Shown: positions 21,352 through 31,514, counted from the stretch's first letter. The stretch: DNA of 64,000 bases from a virus (IMGVR_UViG_3300035502_000737); one strand, 5' to 3'. Notes: generated from the sequence alone by a model not told the origin. Program-made: numbers and translations.

Positions 21352-21765
21352 ATGCTCACACTCAAGATAATCGCATACGTGCTCGCCATGTACGGACTGT
21401 CAAACCTACTCGTCTTCGGAAGCGGTCCATACAACATCCTTGGCAAGTTCAGAAATTTGGCGAAATCAAGATTCCCACAAATAGGCAACATGCTCGACTG
21501 CATGATGTGCACACCCACCAACATAGGATTCCTTATGTCCATCGTGGACACAGTCCTTGTCACCGTGTCATTCACCCCCTTCAACCTACTCATAGGGGAC
21601 GCCACACTGTGGTTCTTGATTATACCCATGGACGGATTCCTAACAAGCTCGACCACTTGGCTCATTCACACCCTACAAGAGTGCCTTGAGTCATTTACCG
21701 AGAAAAACAACGTGGAAACGGAAATCATTCAAGATTCAAGCATCGTGGAGGAGGAAAACCTATGA
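21352..21765 (+). CDS. multi-pass membrane protein
   Basis: several hydrophobic segments. Confidence 0.4.
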   Translation: MLTLKIIAYVLAMYGLSNLLVFGSGPYNILGKFRNLAKSRFPQIGNMLDCMMCTPTNIGFLMSIVDTVLVTVSFTPFNLLIGDATLWFLIIPMDGFLTSSTTWLIHTLQECLESFTEKNNVETEIIQDSSIVEEENL

Positions 21766-22010
21766 CGGAAGACGAACACACCTATCAAAGAGACCTTTCC
21801 AAGGAATTGGAAGGGCTTGAGAAGGACAAGGCCATATCCGAATACGAACTAGGACTCCAAAGGAACAAGATAGCGCTCCAACTGCAAGGGGGAATGGGAA
21901 CGGATATCGACAACGTCCTCAGTGGGAAGGAAAAAATCGCCCTCTCAACCAAGGAAAAAATAAATTACAAGATAAAAAACTTTTTTTCAAGGTTTTTTTC
22001 CACTTTTTAA
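21762..22010 (+). CDS. small hypothetical protein
   Basis: overlapping start/stop ATGA. Confidence 0.3.
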   Translation: MTEDEHTYQRDLSKELEGLEKDKAISEYELGLQRNKIALQLQGGMGTDIDNVLSGKEKIALSTKEKINYKIKNFFSRFFSTF

Positions 22011-22409
22011 ACATATCCCACTATTTATTGAACGTGGAGGGTAGAATAAGACGCACAGAGCCGATTTCTCCCACCATACCCACGTTTTGCGAACAAGACT
22101 AGCTTCTTAGCCGTGTCTTCCACTATCCTCTCAGAATGTCCCATACTTGGGAGAGAGAGAACTTTGAAAGGATATAATTTTGTGTCATTTGAATATATTT
22201 CTTTTTTTCTAGTGACGGCAAGACTATCCGAATGCAAGAAGACGGACAATGGAAACGAAGAAGCCGAATCATTGCAAGAGGATACGAAAGCCGTCGCTAG
22301 TTTTTTTATGCCCTTCGGAAAGGGAGAGAAAAACAAGTGAGGCCCTATTCTCAAGACGGGGAGAGAAAATGAAACCAACAAATAAAATAAAAAAAACAGT
22401 TTTTAGCAT

Positions 22410-24527
22410 ATGCCTAATACCGTTTACCTAAAGAAAAGCTCGGTGAAGGACAAGGCTCCTTCCGCAGCGGACTTGAATTATGGCGAATTGGCCATCAATT
22501 ACAACTCGGAGAGCACAGCCCTCTACTTCAAGGACAGTGACAACAAGGTCATCAAGACAAAACTCGGACCACTCGACACAGCCCTCGACGAGACTTCCAC
22601 CAACGGGGTGGAAAACCAAGCCATCTACGCTTCCATCTCGGAACTTGAGACGCAGCTCAACACCATCTCGCAGATGTACTCCATCTACGGATTCGCTCGC
22701 GTCAACGGAGACTCCTCACCCGACGGAACCATCTTCTTCGGAAAGGAGGAAAATCTCGACGGCATTAAGTCCAATATTCATATTGGACTAGTCAAAGACG
22801 GAAAATTGTACAAGCGTTGTGCCAATGGTCGTATAGACCTAGCTATCGACGGAACGGAACTCCTCATCGACGGTTCGGATGGTGATGTCATGATTTACAC
22901 ACAGCGTGACCTCTACCTCTTGAAGGCAACGACTTCCGTGGAAGGAATCGGAGAGGTCAATGTCATCGCCATCGGACTCGCACCGTTCACCATCTATGGT
23001 GTCAATGCCAAGAAGGTGGAGCCCTTTGCGTTCAACCCTCAGTACACCGTGAACGCAAAGCTCACTGAAACCAACAATACGAAGGGAGTCACGGACTACA
23101 GAAGCTGCGCACACTCTATCTACAACAAGAATGTGGCTGGACAGTACTCCGCTCCCAACGGTATGTTCGGAACCAAGTTCAAATCCAACGGAAATGGATA
23201 CTTCCATCAGTATATAAATTCCATGCAGTCCGTTTGGTATGCTCAGTGCAAGAACGAGGACTCTCAGACGAACTCGCCCTACATGGGACTGTACTATGAG
23301 TTCATGGAAATCGCCCTCGGACTGATGTTCATGGAATTGGGTTCTGTCTACCACCAAGGGCTCGATTCCTTCGGCGTGGGATGTACACAGACAAATATTG
23401 TAAACGCATCCACATTTTATGATGCTAAAATGAGCGCCAACAGCGGTTTGAAGATTTTCCGTCAAGACACTGATACGTTGGATTATTCGAACGCATATTG
23501 GGGACTGATGGCAAGTAATGCTCTGCAAACAATTGTCGGAACTTGCTATTATTCCTTCACGGAATGTTTGGAGCCTCAGCGCATCTTGAACGACATCGCG
23601 AAGGCTGGGCTCATTGACAAGATTTGGAAGGGTACGGAGGAGGATTCCGCGAATCAGTCCGTTATCTTCACTTACGCCACCGACGAGGAGACAAGCGAAG
23701 AGTACATGACCGTTGTCGAAACTGACACCGTGGATTTGAGTACGGGAGAAGGAATGGAGGACAACAAGAAGTACTACAAGGTAAGGAATGTGCCTAAATG
23801 TGACGGCATGGACAGCGGTTCCATGACCGCTGTAGTGAACATCTACGTAAGGTTGAACGTGGAAAAGGACATCACGTTTAACAATCTTGAATTCCATGCT
23901 TACTCAGCGGCCACTTATGACGAGGAAAGCGGCGATGAGCTTACCGCAGCGGCTGGAGACTACGCCATTTGGAAGTTCTCTCACCCCGTCTACCGTGGAA
24001 TTTCAATCCAAGACGGAATGTTCAAGCAGCTGCAAGGCTTTAACCACGTAAGAGCCAACCACGAGGGCACAATCCAAAGCACGTACATCTACGCGGAAAG
24101 TCCAGACGACATTCCAGCTTACACTGGAGCGTCTATCCAATACTTCGGCGATGAGGACGCAGAGCTCGAAATCGAGCGTGGGCTGAACCAAGGCGTTTCA
24201 TACACCGAAAGCGGATATAGTGGTTGGGCTAGCAAGGCAAACTATAATGCATCAATCTTTGCATATACGGCTACTAGCGGAGCGGCCATAACCTCACACG
24301 AGGCGGCGTATACTTGGCAAGCTGCAAGTTACGGAAATGGTGACAGTGGAACACTTAATTCCAACGGAACGCCTCGTGAGGGTCGTAAGTGTGTCAACGC
24401 CTCGGTGTTGGGCTGCTATGCGGTCAACAGCTATGCGTCTGCGCGTTCGCTGATTGCTTACCGTGCTGTGAGCTTCAGCCATGGCCACTACGCTGGGGCT
24501 TTTGCTATCAGCCATCTCAGCTTGTAA
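22410..24527 (+). CDS. DGR target protein (tail-fibre/receptor-binding-like) with C-terminal variable repeat
   Basis: last ~40 codons (24397-24508) are VR matching TR; C-terminal VR placement typical of C-type-lectin-fold DGR targets. Confidence 0.8.
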   Translation: MPNTVYLKKSSVKDKAPSAADLNYGELAINYNSESTALYFKDSDNKVIKTKLGPLDTALDETSTNGVENQAIYASISELETQLNTISQMYSIYGFARVNGDSSPDGTIFFGKEENLDGIKSNIHIGLVKDGKLYKRCANGRIDLAIDGTELLIDGSDGDVMIYTQRDLYLLKATTSVEGIGEVNVIAIGLAPFTIYGVNAKKVEPFAFNPQYTVNAKLTETNNTKGVTDYRSCAHSIYNKNVAGQYSAPNGMFGTKFKSNGNGYFHQYINSMQSVWYAQCKNEDSQTNSPYMGLYYEFMEIALGLMFMELGSVYHQGLDSFGVGCTQTNIVNASTFYDAKMSANSGLKIFRQDTDTLDYSNAYWGLMASNALQTIVGTCYYSFTECLEPQRILNDIAKAGLIDKIWKGTEEDSANQSVIFTYATDEETSEEYMTVVETDTVDLSTGEGMEDNKKYYKVRNVPKCDGMDSGSMTAVVNIYVRLNVEKDITFNNLEFHAYSAATYDEESGDELTAAAGDYAIWKFSHPVYRGISIQDGMFKQLQGFNHVRANHEGTIQSTYIYAESPDDIPAYTGASIQYFGDEDAELEIERGLNQGVSYTESGYSGWASKANYNASIFAYTATSGAAITSHEAAYTWQAASYGNGDSGTLNSNGTPREGRKCVNASVLGCYAVNSYASARSLIAYRAVSFSHGHYAGAFAISHLSL
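24397..24508 (+). repeat. DGR variable repeat (VR)
   Basis: 112-nt alignment to TR with 12 mismatches, every one at a TR adenine. Confidence 0.85.
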
Positions 24528-24590
24528 GCCCAGTGAAAACTGGCGGGGGCGGGGCCAGGAACGGCTCAGTGACTGGCCTTCCCCCCACCC
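24528..24590 (+). other. GC-rich element with two hairpins immediately 3' of VR (ccag..ctgg; ggccag..ctggcc), candidate DGR homing hairpin/terminator
   Basis: ggcgggggcggggcc island; inverted repeats 24529-24542 and 24553-24578 in otherwise AT-rich DNA. Confidence 0.5.
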
Positions 24591-24899
24591 TTTTTCACCA
24601 TGTCATGAAAAAAAAGTTTGTATTTTTGTTGTTTTTTTAAGTATTGTGATATTTATATAAAGTGACGATAAAAAAGTTGTTGAACTTAATGAGTTAGACG
24701 AGATTATTGTTTTTATCGTGTTTGAGAATGAATTTGTGTCTCTTTACGAGACGTAGGTGTTTGGGTTTATTAGTTCCTTTCGCTTGCTTGTGAAAGTAGG
24801 TGTTTGGAGTTGTTTCGGAGGGCTCCGCTCGTGAGCCCTCCATTTTTAGCGAAGTTATACCTTATTAATAAAATATACCATATTATATATATAGGAATT

Positions 24900-25760
24900 T
24901 GAAGAGATGATGAATGAAAAAAGGAATTTGAAGTATTTATGAAAAAAAAGTTGTGAGAAGTGTTGTCAATTTGAAAAGTTTTATATATCTTTGCATCGGC
25001 AAAGCAAAAGGAGTTGCAGGAGCCAGAAAGCGGACCAGTAGTTTGGTAAAAATTCCAGCTATGAGTAAAGTTAGAATGGTTATGTAACTTGTAAAGTTCT
25101 GAAAAACAGATATAAATAAAAAAGTTGAAAATATTTATTAAAATATTTGGTGATTAAGAAAACTTTATATATCTTTGCAATGTGAAACGGAGACAGTCAC
25201 AAATGAAGAGGATGATTCTTAAAGGGCTTTCCGATTGGGTTTGGATGTCTCTATGAACAAAGCGACCATTGTTTTATTGAACGAAAAAAAATAAAAAAAG
25301 TTTGAAAAAACTTTGCAAAAGATTTGGAAGTTTAAAAAACTTTGTATATCTTTGCAATGTGAAAGCAAAACAACAGAAGTTGATGATAGAGGTTCTTCTG
25401 AGCTGATTGAAAGGTTTCGGTTGTGAGTTTGAACGAAGAGTTTTTTGAATTTTTGCTTGCGGAAAAAAGATTGAAAAAAAGTTTGCAAATTATTTGGAAG
25501 TTTGAAAAACTTTTTATATCTTTGCAATGTGAAAGAAATGTTCACGAAGGTTGATTGATGATTGTACGGGACGGATGAGGTGAACGTTTCCTTGGTTATG
25601 GTTTCTACAACGATTTGAACTATATATAATTAAATAAATCGGCTTGTTCGTGATGAATCGGTACGATTCGGAGAGAAAGGAATGTAACGGTATTGATAAA
25701 CACCTTTTATATGAATCACGGCTTTTTGTTTTGTCGTTGCATTCCTTCTCTTTTTTTAGA
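24900..25760 (+). repeat. four tandem ~170-bp units each carrying the phage consensus promoter (aaaactttatatatctttgcaatgtgaaa) and an upstream gtttgaaaaaactttgcaaa element, no ORFs
   Basis: promoter cores at 24978-24994, 25161-25185, 25338-25362, 25508-25532; downstream 100-150 nt unique, non-coding. Confidence 0.6.
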
Positions 25761-26556
25761 CCGCAAGTTCTTGATTTATAAAGTTTATAATCATTTATTG
25801 AAAATAATTTTATAATTTGAGAGAAAAGTTCGATAAACATTGCTTTTTTTTATATTAAAACTATATTTATAAATATGAAAACGTAAAGGAATTTGAACGG
25901 ATATGGAAAGAGCCATAAACATATATCCTTTGTGTGCGTCGGTGCAACGCTAACATTCGCATGCAGTTCTGAATGGCTTGCATTCTTAAGGCAAAAAAAA
26001 TAACACTCTTTCGCTTAAGTTTTAAGAATGTGTGATATTTATAAATAAAGAAGAATGCGTCATACTTTTAACGACGCTATAGCCTAATTCTTCTTTCTTT
26101 ATAACATCAGTCATTTCTGCCGAGATATATGATGTTTGGGCATCTTTTAGAAGTTGCCGTTCTAGGGCGGAGAGTTTTGAAACTCCTAAATTTTTCTCTC
26201 CGCCTTCTTTTTGCCGAGTGCAAGTGAGAGGGGTTGAAGTGGGCTGCGCACACAGCTTGGTACTCCGCTGAAGACTTGCGGTTTGATGTGGGCGTTGTTC
26301 CATTTCATCCTTTTCTCATTCACTCGGTGTTTTTTTAAGTTTGGGAGACATTAAGTTAATGCTTAAATTAAGATTAACACAATGAAATTTTTAGAAACCA
26401 AAAATATCATTGACCGAAAGGTTGATTTAACGGCATCAACGGATGGTGGTGACATCATTCGAGGATTGAGTTCATCGAGTTACGCCTTGGCTGCATCACT
26501 AGAGTTTAAATCAGAAGGTGGTGAAGGTACGGTGAACGATAACGTTGGGGTAGAGC

Positions 26557-26668
26557 ACGCCTCGGTGTTGGGCTGCAATGCGAACAACAGCAATGCGTCT
26601 GCGCGTTCGCTGAATGCTAACCATGCTGTGAGCAACAGCAATGACAACTACGCTGGGGCTTTTGCTAC
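26557..26668 (+). repeat. DGR template repeat (TR)
   Basis: matches VR; AAC/AAT-rich (N codons) as expected for TR. Confidence 0.85.
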
Positions 26669-26732
26669 TAAACAATGTGACTCTAGGAACCTACCCGACG
26701 TGCTCATCAAGAGCGAATATGACAGAGAAGCA

Positions 26733-27881
26733 ATGGATGTGCTTGATGCAGTCAAGCTCATGGAATTGCCACAGTGCGATTATGGCGTCCCCTTCATGGA
26801 CAATGAGGGTTCCGACGTGGCAGAAAGCAATGTGAATTTATCACTGCTCCAAGAGCTTCATGTGGCGAATAGCAAAAGGAAGCTCAAGAACATGAGACGT
26901 TTCCTCGTCAGTAGGGAGATTGTTGAAATGGGCGTGGAGCGATGCCTTTCTAAGGCGTCAGATTCTCCGCAGAAGCGTGAGGCTTTGAAGCATAGGGAGG
27001 ATATTGTTAACCGAATCATTTATGAGTTGGAGACCAATACCTACCATGTGGAGAAGCCCACTTCTCGGACAATCAAGCGGAGGCATAAGGATGGAAAGGA
27101 CAGAAATGCCGACATTTTTTCGATATATGACCGTTGCGTTCAGAATGTGGTTCTCATTGTCATAAAGGAGAAGTTCACGAATATGATTACGCGGAACATA
27201 TACAGTGGGATTGAGGGCCGTTCTGTTTACAGCAACAACAAGACTTACTGCATGCTTTATCAGCTTCGAAAGTTTTGCAGTTCTCATCCGAATGCTTACG
27301 TAATGATGACAGATATACATCACTTTTATGAGACCGCGAGAAGCGAGGTTGTCTTGAAAATTCTTTCGAAGACCATCAAGGACCGTTTCCTCATGGGATT
27401 GTTGAGTGACATATTGATGTCATTGCCACACTTGCCGATTGGGGGCACTTTGTCGCAGCTCCTATCGGCGGTTATGCTGAACGAATGCGACAGAGAAATA
27501 TTAATTCGTTTCAAGCCAAAGATTTATTGCGGTTTCGGAGACAATAGAATCTACGGTGACGACGACAAGCAGAAGTTAATTGAAATCAGAAATTTCCAAC
27601 GTGACTTTTATCATAACAAGTTGGGGATTGAGATGAAGAAAGACTACAAGCTTGCCAAGGTGAAGGACGGTTTCAGTTTTTGCCGAACGATTTACAAGGA
27701 ATCCTATGTGAAGATTCGTGGCGAATTGAAGAGAAGAACCATTAGGGCTGCATTGAAAGGTTGGACCTATTATGCGTCTTATCGAGGCTTCTTAATGAAA
27801 ACGGACAGCAAGCACTTGAAAAAAGAAATCGAAAAAAGACTTCGTTGGCTTAAGAAACGAATAAAAATCGTTAATGCTTAA
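26733..27881 (+). CDS. DGR reverse transcriptase (ORF-track start 26382 includes TR; likely true start ATG 26733)
   Basis: RT motifs: RRHKDGKDR (motif 1/2), DIHHFYET (A), IGGTLSQLLSAVML (DGR-type IGxxxSQ motif B), RIYGDD (C, YxDD). Confidence 0.8.
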   Translation: MDVLDAVKLMELPQCDYGVPFMDNEGSDVAESNVNLSLLQELHVANSKRKLKNMRRFLVSREIVEMGVERCLSKASDSPQKREALKHREDIVNRIIYELETNTYHVEKPTSRTIKRRHKDGKDRNADIFSIYDRCVQNVVLIVIKEKFTNMITRNIYSGIEGRSVYSNNKTYCMLYQLRKFCSSHPNAYVMMTDIHHFYETARSEVVLKILSKTIKDRFLMGLLSDILMSLPHLPIGGTLSQLLSAVMLNECDREILIRFKPKIYCGFGDNRIYGDDDKQKLIEIRNFQRDFYHNKLGIEMKKDYKLAKVKDGFSFCRTIYKESYVKIRGELKRRTIRAALKGWTYYASYRGFLMKTDSKHLKKEIEKRLRWLKKRIKIVNA

Positions 27882-27892
27882 ATTTTTAATTA

Positions 27893-28378
27893 TTGTTAAT
27901 TATGGCCGAATCAAATAAAGTAGACATAAATGTCTCATGGACGGCAGAAGAGCCAAAATCCGAATACAGCGATGTGATAAAGGACTCAATCAAGTCGATT
28001 AAGAAGGGTGATGTTCTCGCTGGCGTCAAGATGAAACTTGACGAACTTGTTGATAAGACAATTATTGTTAAAGGTTTTATCAAAACCGCTTCATTGAAAG
28101 ATGACTGCGATTATTACTACCGTTTTAGCGGTTTTGCAGCAATCATCGAGAATGGAGAGAAGAAAATCATCGCGTTTAATACTCACAACGCAAGTAAGAA
28201 CATCACATTATTCTTCGACAGAGTTTTGGGCGGTGTACTTAAGATGCCCCCTAAATTGGTCGTAAGAAAAAGAGGAAACACTTTCTTTTTTGACGGTTAT
28301 GACGATTATGACCGTTTGAGAATTGAGATGGAAATCGGCACTTGCGAGGGTGTATTTGAGGACTCTGACTTCGCTTAG
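27893..28378 (+). CDS. hypothetical protein (161 aa)
   Basis: ORF immediately after RT. Confidence 0.4.
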   Translation: MLIMAESNKVDINVSWTAEEPKSEYSDVIKDSIKSIKKGDVLAGVKMKLDELVDKTIIVKGFIKTASLKDDCDYYYRFSGFAAIIENGEKKIIAFNTHNASKNITLFFDRVLGGVLKMPPKLVVRKRGNTFFFDGYDDYDRLRIEMEIGTCEGVFEDSDFA

Positions 28379-28401
28379 CGTTTAAAGGCTCTTCATTTTG
28401 G

Positions 28402-28438
28402 GTGGCTCTGCATAAACATTATGCGGAGCCACTTTTTT
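28402..28438. terminator. strong bidirectional terminator hairpin
   Basis: gtggctctgcataa/ttatgcggagccac 14-bp stem then tttttt. Confidence 0.7.
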
Positions 28439-29126
28439 ATGGTTTTGTTGAGTATCTTCTTATTTTCATGTCATTCCAATTGGTGAGGTTCTTTATCTTT
28501 TGTACAGCTTCTTCCCTTTTCTTTGGGGATAGGTTCCAATCTCCACTGAAAAGGATGTGTTTCAGTCTTTGTTTCTGTGATTCCCTCTCTATGGTGTTGT
28601 ATAGCCTCACGCAATCGGAGTGGTTCTTGCATATCACCAAGTCCATGGTGTCTCCACAGTCAAGCATTAGTTTATTTCTGAAAAGAATCAAGTTCACTAT
28701 GTTGTGCTTGTCATTGACTTTTGGTTTGACTAATTCATTGAAGATGAAGTTGAAGTCTTTCCTTTGTATGATAGGGTGGAATCCATATACCCAAAACGTA
28801 TCCTCTATGCAATAAGGTGATTTGTCGTATACAATCCAATCCTCATGAGATGTCTCGTGTTCAATGTACTGTCCGTATTGGTTTCTGAGTGAGGTCGTCC
28901 TTGACTCTCCGTCCTCCCTTCGCTTGATGATGACAAGCTCGTAGTTGGACGGTTGTATGTGTTTCCCCATGTTCACGTTCAGTGTGGGGAACATGACCTT
29001 TTTGGATTCGTTAATCAGCTTGTTGAACATTCTGTTGGCCTTTGCTGCCGTGTCATAGGTTCCTATATATTCAATCTGCTTGTTATTGTTGGTTATAATT
29101 ATCTGATATATAATGCGTTTGCTCAT
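28437..29126 (-). CDS. hypothetical protein (229 aa)
   Basis: long minus-strand ORF converging on terminator. Confidence 0.4.
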   Translation of the reverse strand: MSKRIIYQIIITNNNKQIEYIGTYDTAAKANRMFNKLINESKKVMFPTLNVNMGKHIQPSNYELVIIKRREDGESRTTSLRNQYGQYIEHETSHEDWIVYDKSPYCIEDTFWVYGFHPIIQRKDFNFIFNELVKPKVNDKHNIVNLILFRNKLMLDCGDTMDLVICKNHSDCVRLYNTIERESQKQRLKHILFSGDWNLSPKKREEAVQKIKNLTNWNDMKIRRYSTKP

Positions 29127-29187
29127 AAATGAAATGGTTGGATGAAAATTTTTCTAAAAATAAATACCTTGGAATTTGGTTTTTGAA

Positions 29188-29212
29188 AAACATTTTGTAT
29201 ATCTTTGCGATG
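29188..29212 (+). promoter_or_regulatory. phage consensus promoter (ttttgtatatctttgcgatg)
   Basis: motif upstream of 29260. Confidence 0.45.
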
Positions 29213-29259
29213 TTGGAAAACGAATTGATTTATTAACCTTTTAATATAAAAGAAAAGCT

Positions 29260-29724
29260 ATGGCAAAGTTATTCGAGACGTCATCGGACGTAAAGGAGAC
29301 GATTGTTAACAAGTTCGAGGAAACGGGACTTTCACGTGTTGTGAATCTGAAGATTATCTCCACTTCAAAGGGAAAATCCATTTTCAAGGTTACAAAGGCG
29401 AGTGCCACAACAGAGTTCATTGCGAACAAGGACTCATTGGTGCAGATTCTCGTGTATGAGGAGGCGTTTGACAGATTGGACGATGAGTCCAAGGAATTGC
29501 TCACCGAGATGGTGCTTTCCAATGTATCCTACGACGGAGAGAAGGACAAGGTGGTAGTGGAGACCAATCCTTTCAAGCAAGTATATGGGATGAGAAAGAA
29601 GTACGGAGACACCATCCTTGACAAGATGGAGGCTGCGTCATTGGTCATCGAGGAAATCGAGGAGGAGGAAAAAGAAAAGAAGCAAGCCGAGAAGGAGGCC
29701 AAGAAAGCCAAGAAGAAGCATTGA
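29260..29724 (+). CDS. hypothetical protein with EEKEKK-rich C-terminus
   Basis: ORF after promoter. Confidence 0.45.
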   Translation: MAKLFETSSDVKETIVNKFEETGLSRVVNLKIISTSKGKSIFKVTKASATTEFIANKDSLVQILVYEEAFDRLDDESKELLTEMVLSNVSYDGEKDKVVVETNPFKQVYGMRKKYGDTILDKMEAASLVIEEIEEEEKEKKQAEKEAKKAKKKH

Positions 29725-29894
29725 TTGGATGAGGAGGAGATTCGCCGTTAACGAGAAAAAGGGAAGATTTCTGTAAGCATTAAGCATATTCATTAATATC
29801 AAAAAATATTCAAGCATACTCATATTTTTTTTCACTTTTATGACTTTTTTTTATAAAAATAGATAGAAACAATAGAAACAAAAAGGTAAATAAG

Positions 29895-31514
29895 ATGTTA
29901 ATACAGAGTAAGTATACAAAGGCATTCAAGTCGAATGATATGACCCGTTTGAAATATAACGAGTTGTATGACTTCGCTGTGCTTATTCGTAACCATAAAA
30001 ACACCGTTTCTAAATACGTCAATAACAATCTTCTACATTTTCTTGAATATAGTAAATTTTCCTTCTTGACGGAAATGAGAGAATTGTATAAAGGTTGCAT
30101 CTCAAGTTCATTTGACGCTCAGTTATATACTGACGTACTCATATCCTACCAAAACAAATTCGAGGCTGTTCAAAGGAGATTAAAATTTGAAGTCGTCACC
30201 TATAAAGGTTATGATGTTTATAAGCATAAGACAAAGAAACATAACAAGGGAGATTTCAAAAAGATAACCACTGAAAGGAAACAGACGTTGCTTTCTAATT
30301 GTCTAACTTATCTTGCAAGATATGGAAACGATAATACGATTGAATATATCAACAAGCAACTTCCATCTTGTGACGAGAAGAAGAAATCGTACTACTTAAA
30401 CATCCTTAATTGCTGTCGTAAGTATGGGTTTGAACGCTTATACAGACTCGCTCTCTCTAAAAGAGAAAGGATTGTCAAACAATATAGCGAACATCCAATA
30501 GAGTTTAAGTCTTTGACCTTTCGTGGTAGAAGTAGAAAAACAAGAATTATTGACTTTAACCACAAATTTGGTTCGAAAATTAACGCATTCATAAGCTTGT
30601 CTGGATTTGATAGAAAGTCATTTTACATACCCATCAAGTTCAATAAGAATTGGCATGGGAATATGAGAGATTACTATAAGGATATCCCAAGCTATGAATA
30701 CACATTAACATTCAACGAAAAGGAACATCAAGTTAATATACTTTTATGTAAAGATGGCGAAAGATACCTACCGCAAGCTGGCAGTAATACCATAGGCATT
30801 GATGTGAATTGCAAGCACAACTTGTTCAGCTTGTCAAACCGAACGACCTATGACTACAACCGAAAGCTCGTCAATGATTTCTGTAAGCTGTCTACCGAAA
30901 TAGATACATTCAAAACAAACAAGAGTTATTCGGTTGGCAAACGCAAACAAAGGAAACTTGATACGCTGAAAAACAAAGTGGTTAAGTCCGAGCAACAGCT
31001 TATTGCTCTTATGTGCAAAGAGTTAAAAATTCAAGGATACAATCATATCGTTATGGAGGATTTGGATAATGGTTTTGGTAAATGTTATGTTAAAGATGGA
31101 GAAAACTCATGCATCAACTACAACCGCAAGGTTAAGTTTCTTGGTTTGAGTAGTTTAAAGCAAGAGGTCGAGCACATCGCGAGGAAATATGACATTGCAG
31201 TGTCAACCGTGCATGCGAGTTATACCTCCAAGATGTGTCCAATTTGTGGTTGTATTGAAGATGGGAACAGACCGAACCAAGAGACGTTTGAATGTGTTGA
31301 GTGTGGTCATAAAGATAGTGCAGACTTTAATGCTGCAATTAATATAAGGAATAGAGTGGACGTAACCGTGTTGCGTCTGCTCTTAAAACAACTTGACAAT
31401 GGTGCTTATGAGCCCAAGAAACTTCACAGAGAAAAGGTGAAAGAGGTACTATTGTCGTTTCGAAGAAACTTGCAAGAAATTGCAAGGCGTGAATGTAGCC
31501 AAAAAGTAGTATGA
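29895..31514 (+). CDS. TnpB/Cas12-like RuvC nuclease (539 aa), OMEGA-type RNA-guided endonuclease candidate
   Basis: RuvC-I IGIDVN, RuvC-II IVMEDLDN, zinc finger CPICGC...CVECGH, RuvC-III DSADFNAAINIRNR. Confidence 0.75.
   Translation: MLIQSKYTKAFKSNDMTRLKYNELYDFAVLIRNHKNTVSKYVNNNLLHFLEYSKFSFLTEMRELYKGCISSSFDAQLYTDVLISYQNKFEAVQRRLKFEVVTYKGYDVYKHKTKKHNKGDFKKITTERKQTLLSNCLTYLARYGNDNTIEYINKQLPSCDEKKKSYYLNILNCCRKYGFERLYRLALSKRERIVKQYSEHPIEFKSLTFRGRSRKTRIIDFNHKFGSKINAFISLSGFDRKSFYIPIKFNKNWHGNMRDYYKDIPSYEYTLTFNEKEHQVNILLCKDGERYLPQAGSNTIGIDVNCKHNLFSLSNRTTYDYNRKLVNDFCKLSTEIDTFKTNKSYSVGKRKQRKLDTLKNKVVKSEQQLIALMCKELKIQGYNHIVMEDLDNGFGKCYVKDGENSCINYNRKVKFLGLSSLKQEVEHIARKYDIAVSTVHASYTSKMCPICGCIEDGNRPNQETFECVECGHKDSADFNAAINIRNRVDVTVLRLLLKQLDNGAYEPKKLHREKVKEVLLSFRRNLQEIARRECSQKVV

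Noticed and set aside
22839-23897. 352-aa minus-strand ORF
   Set aside because: Lies entirely antisense within the DGR target gene and has no promoter motif or coding signature; it is an antisense artefact. The same applies to 1538-2128, 3023-3448, 6506-7429, 13729-14355, 17893-18450, 42977-43522, 48629-49132 and 52940-53476.
26022-26303. 93-aa minus-strand ORF in the DGR spacer, considered as a possible Avd
   Set aside because: Opposite orientation to the RT, no promoter motif, and composition not the basic four-helix-bundle type. The spacer appears to lack avd.
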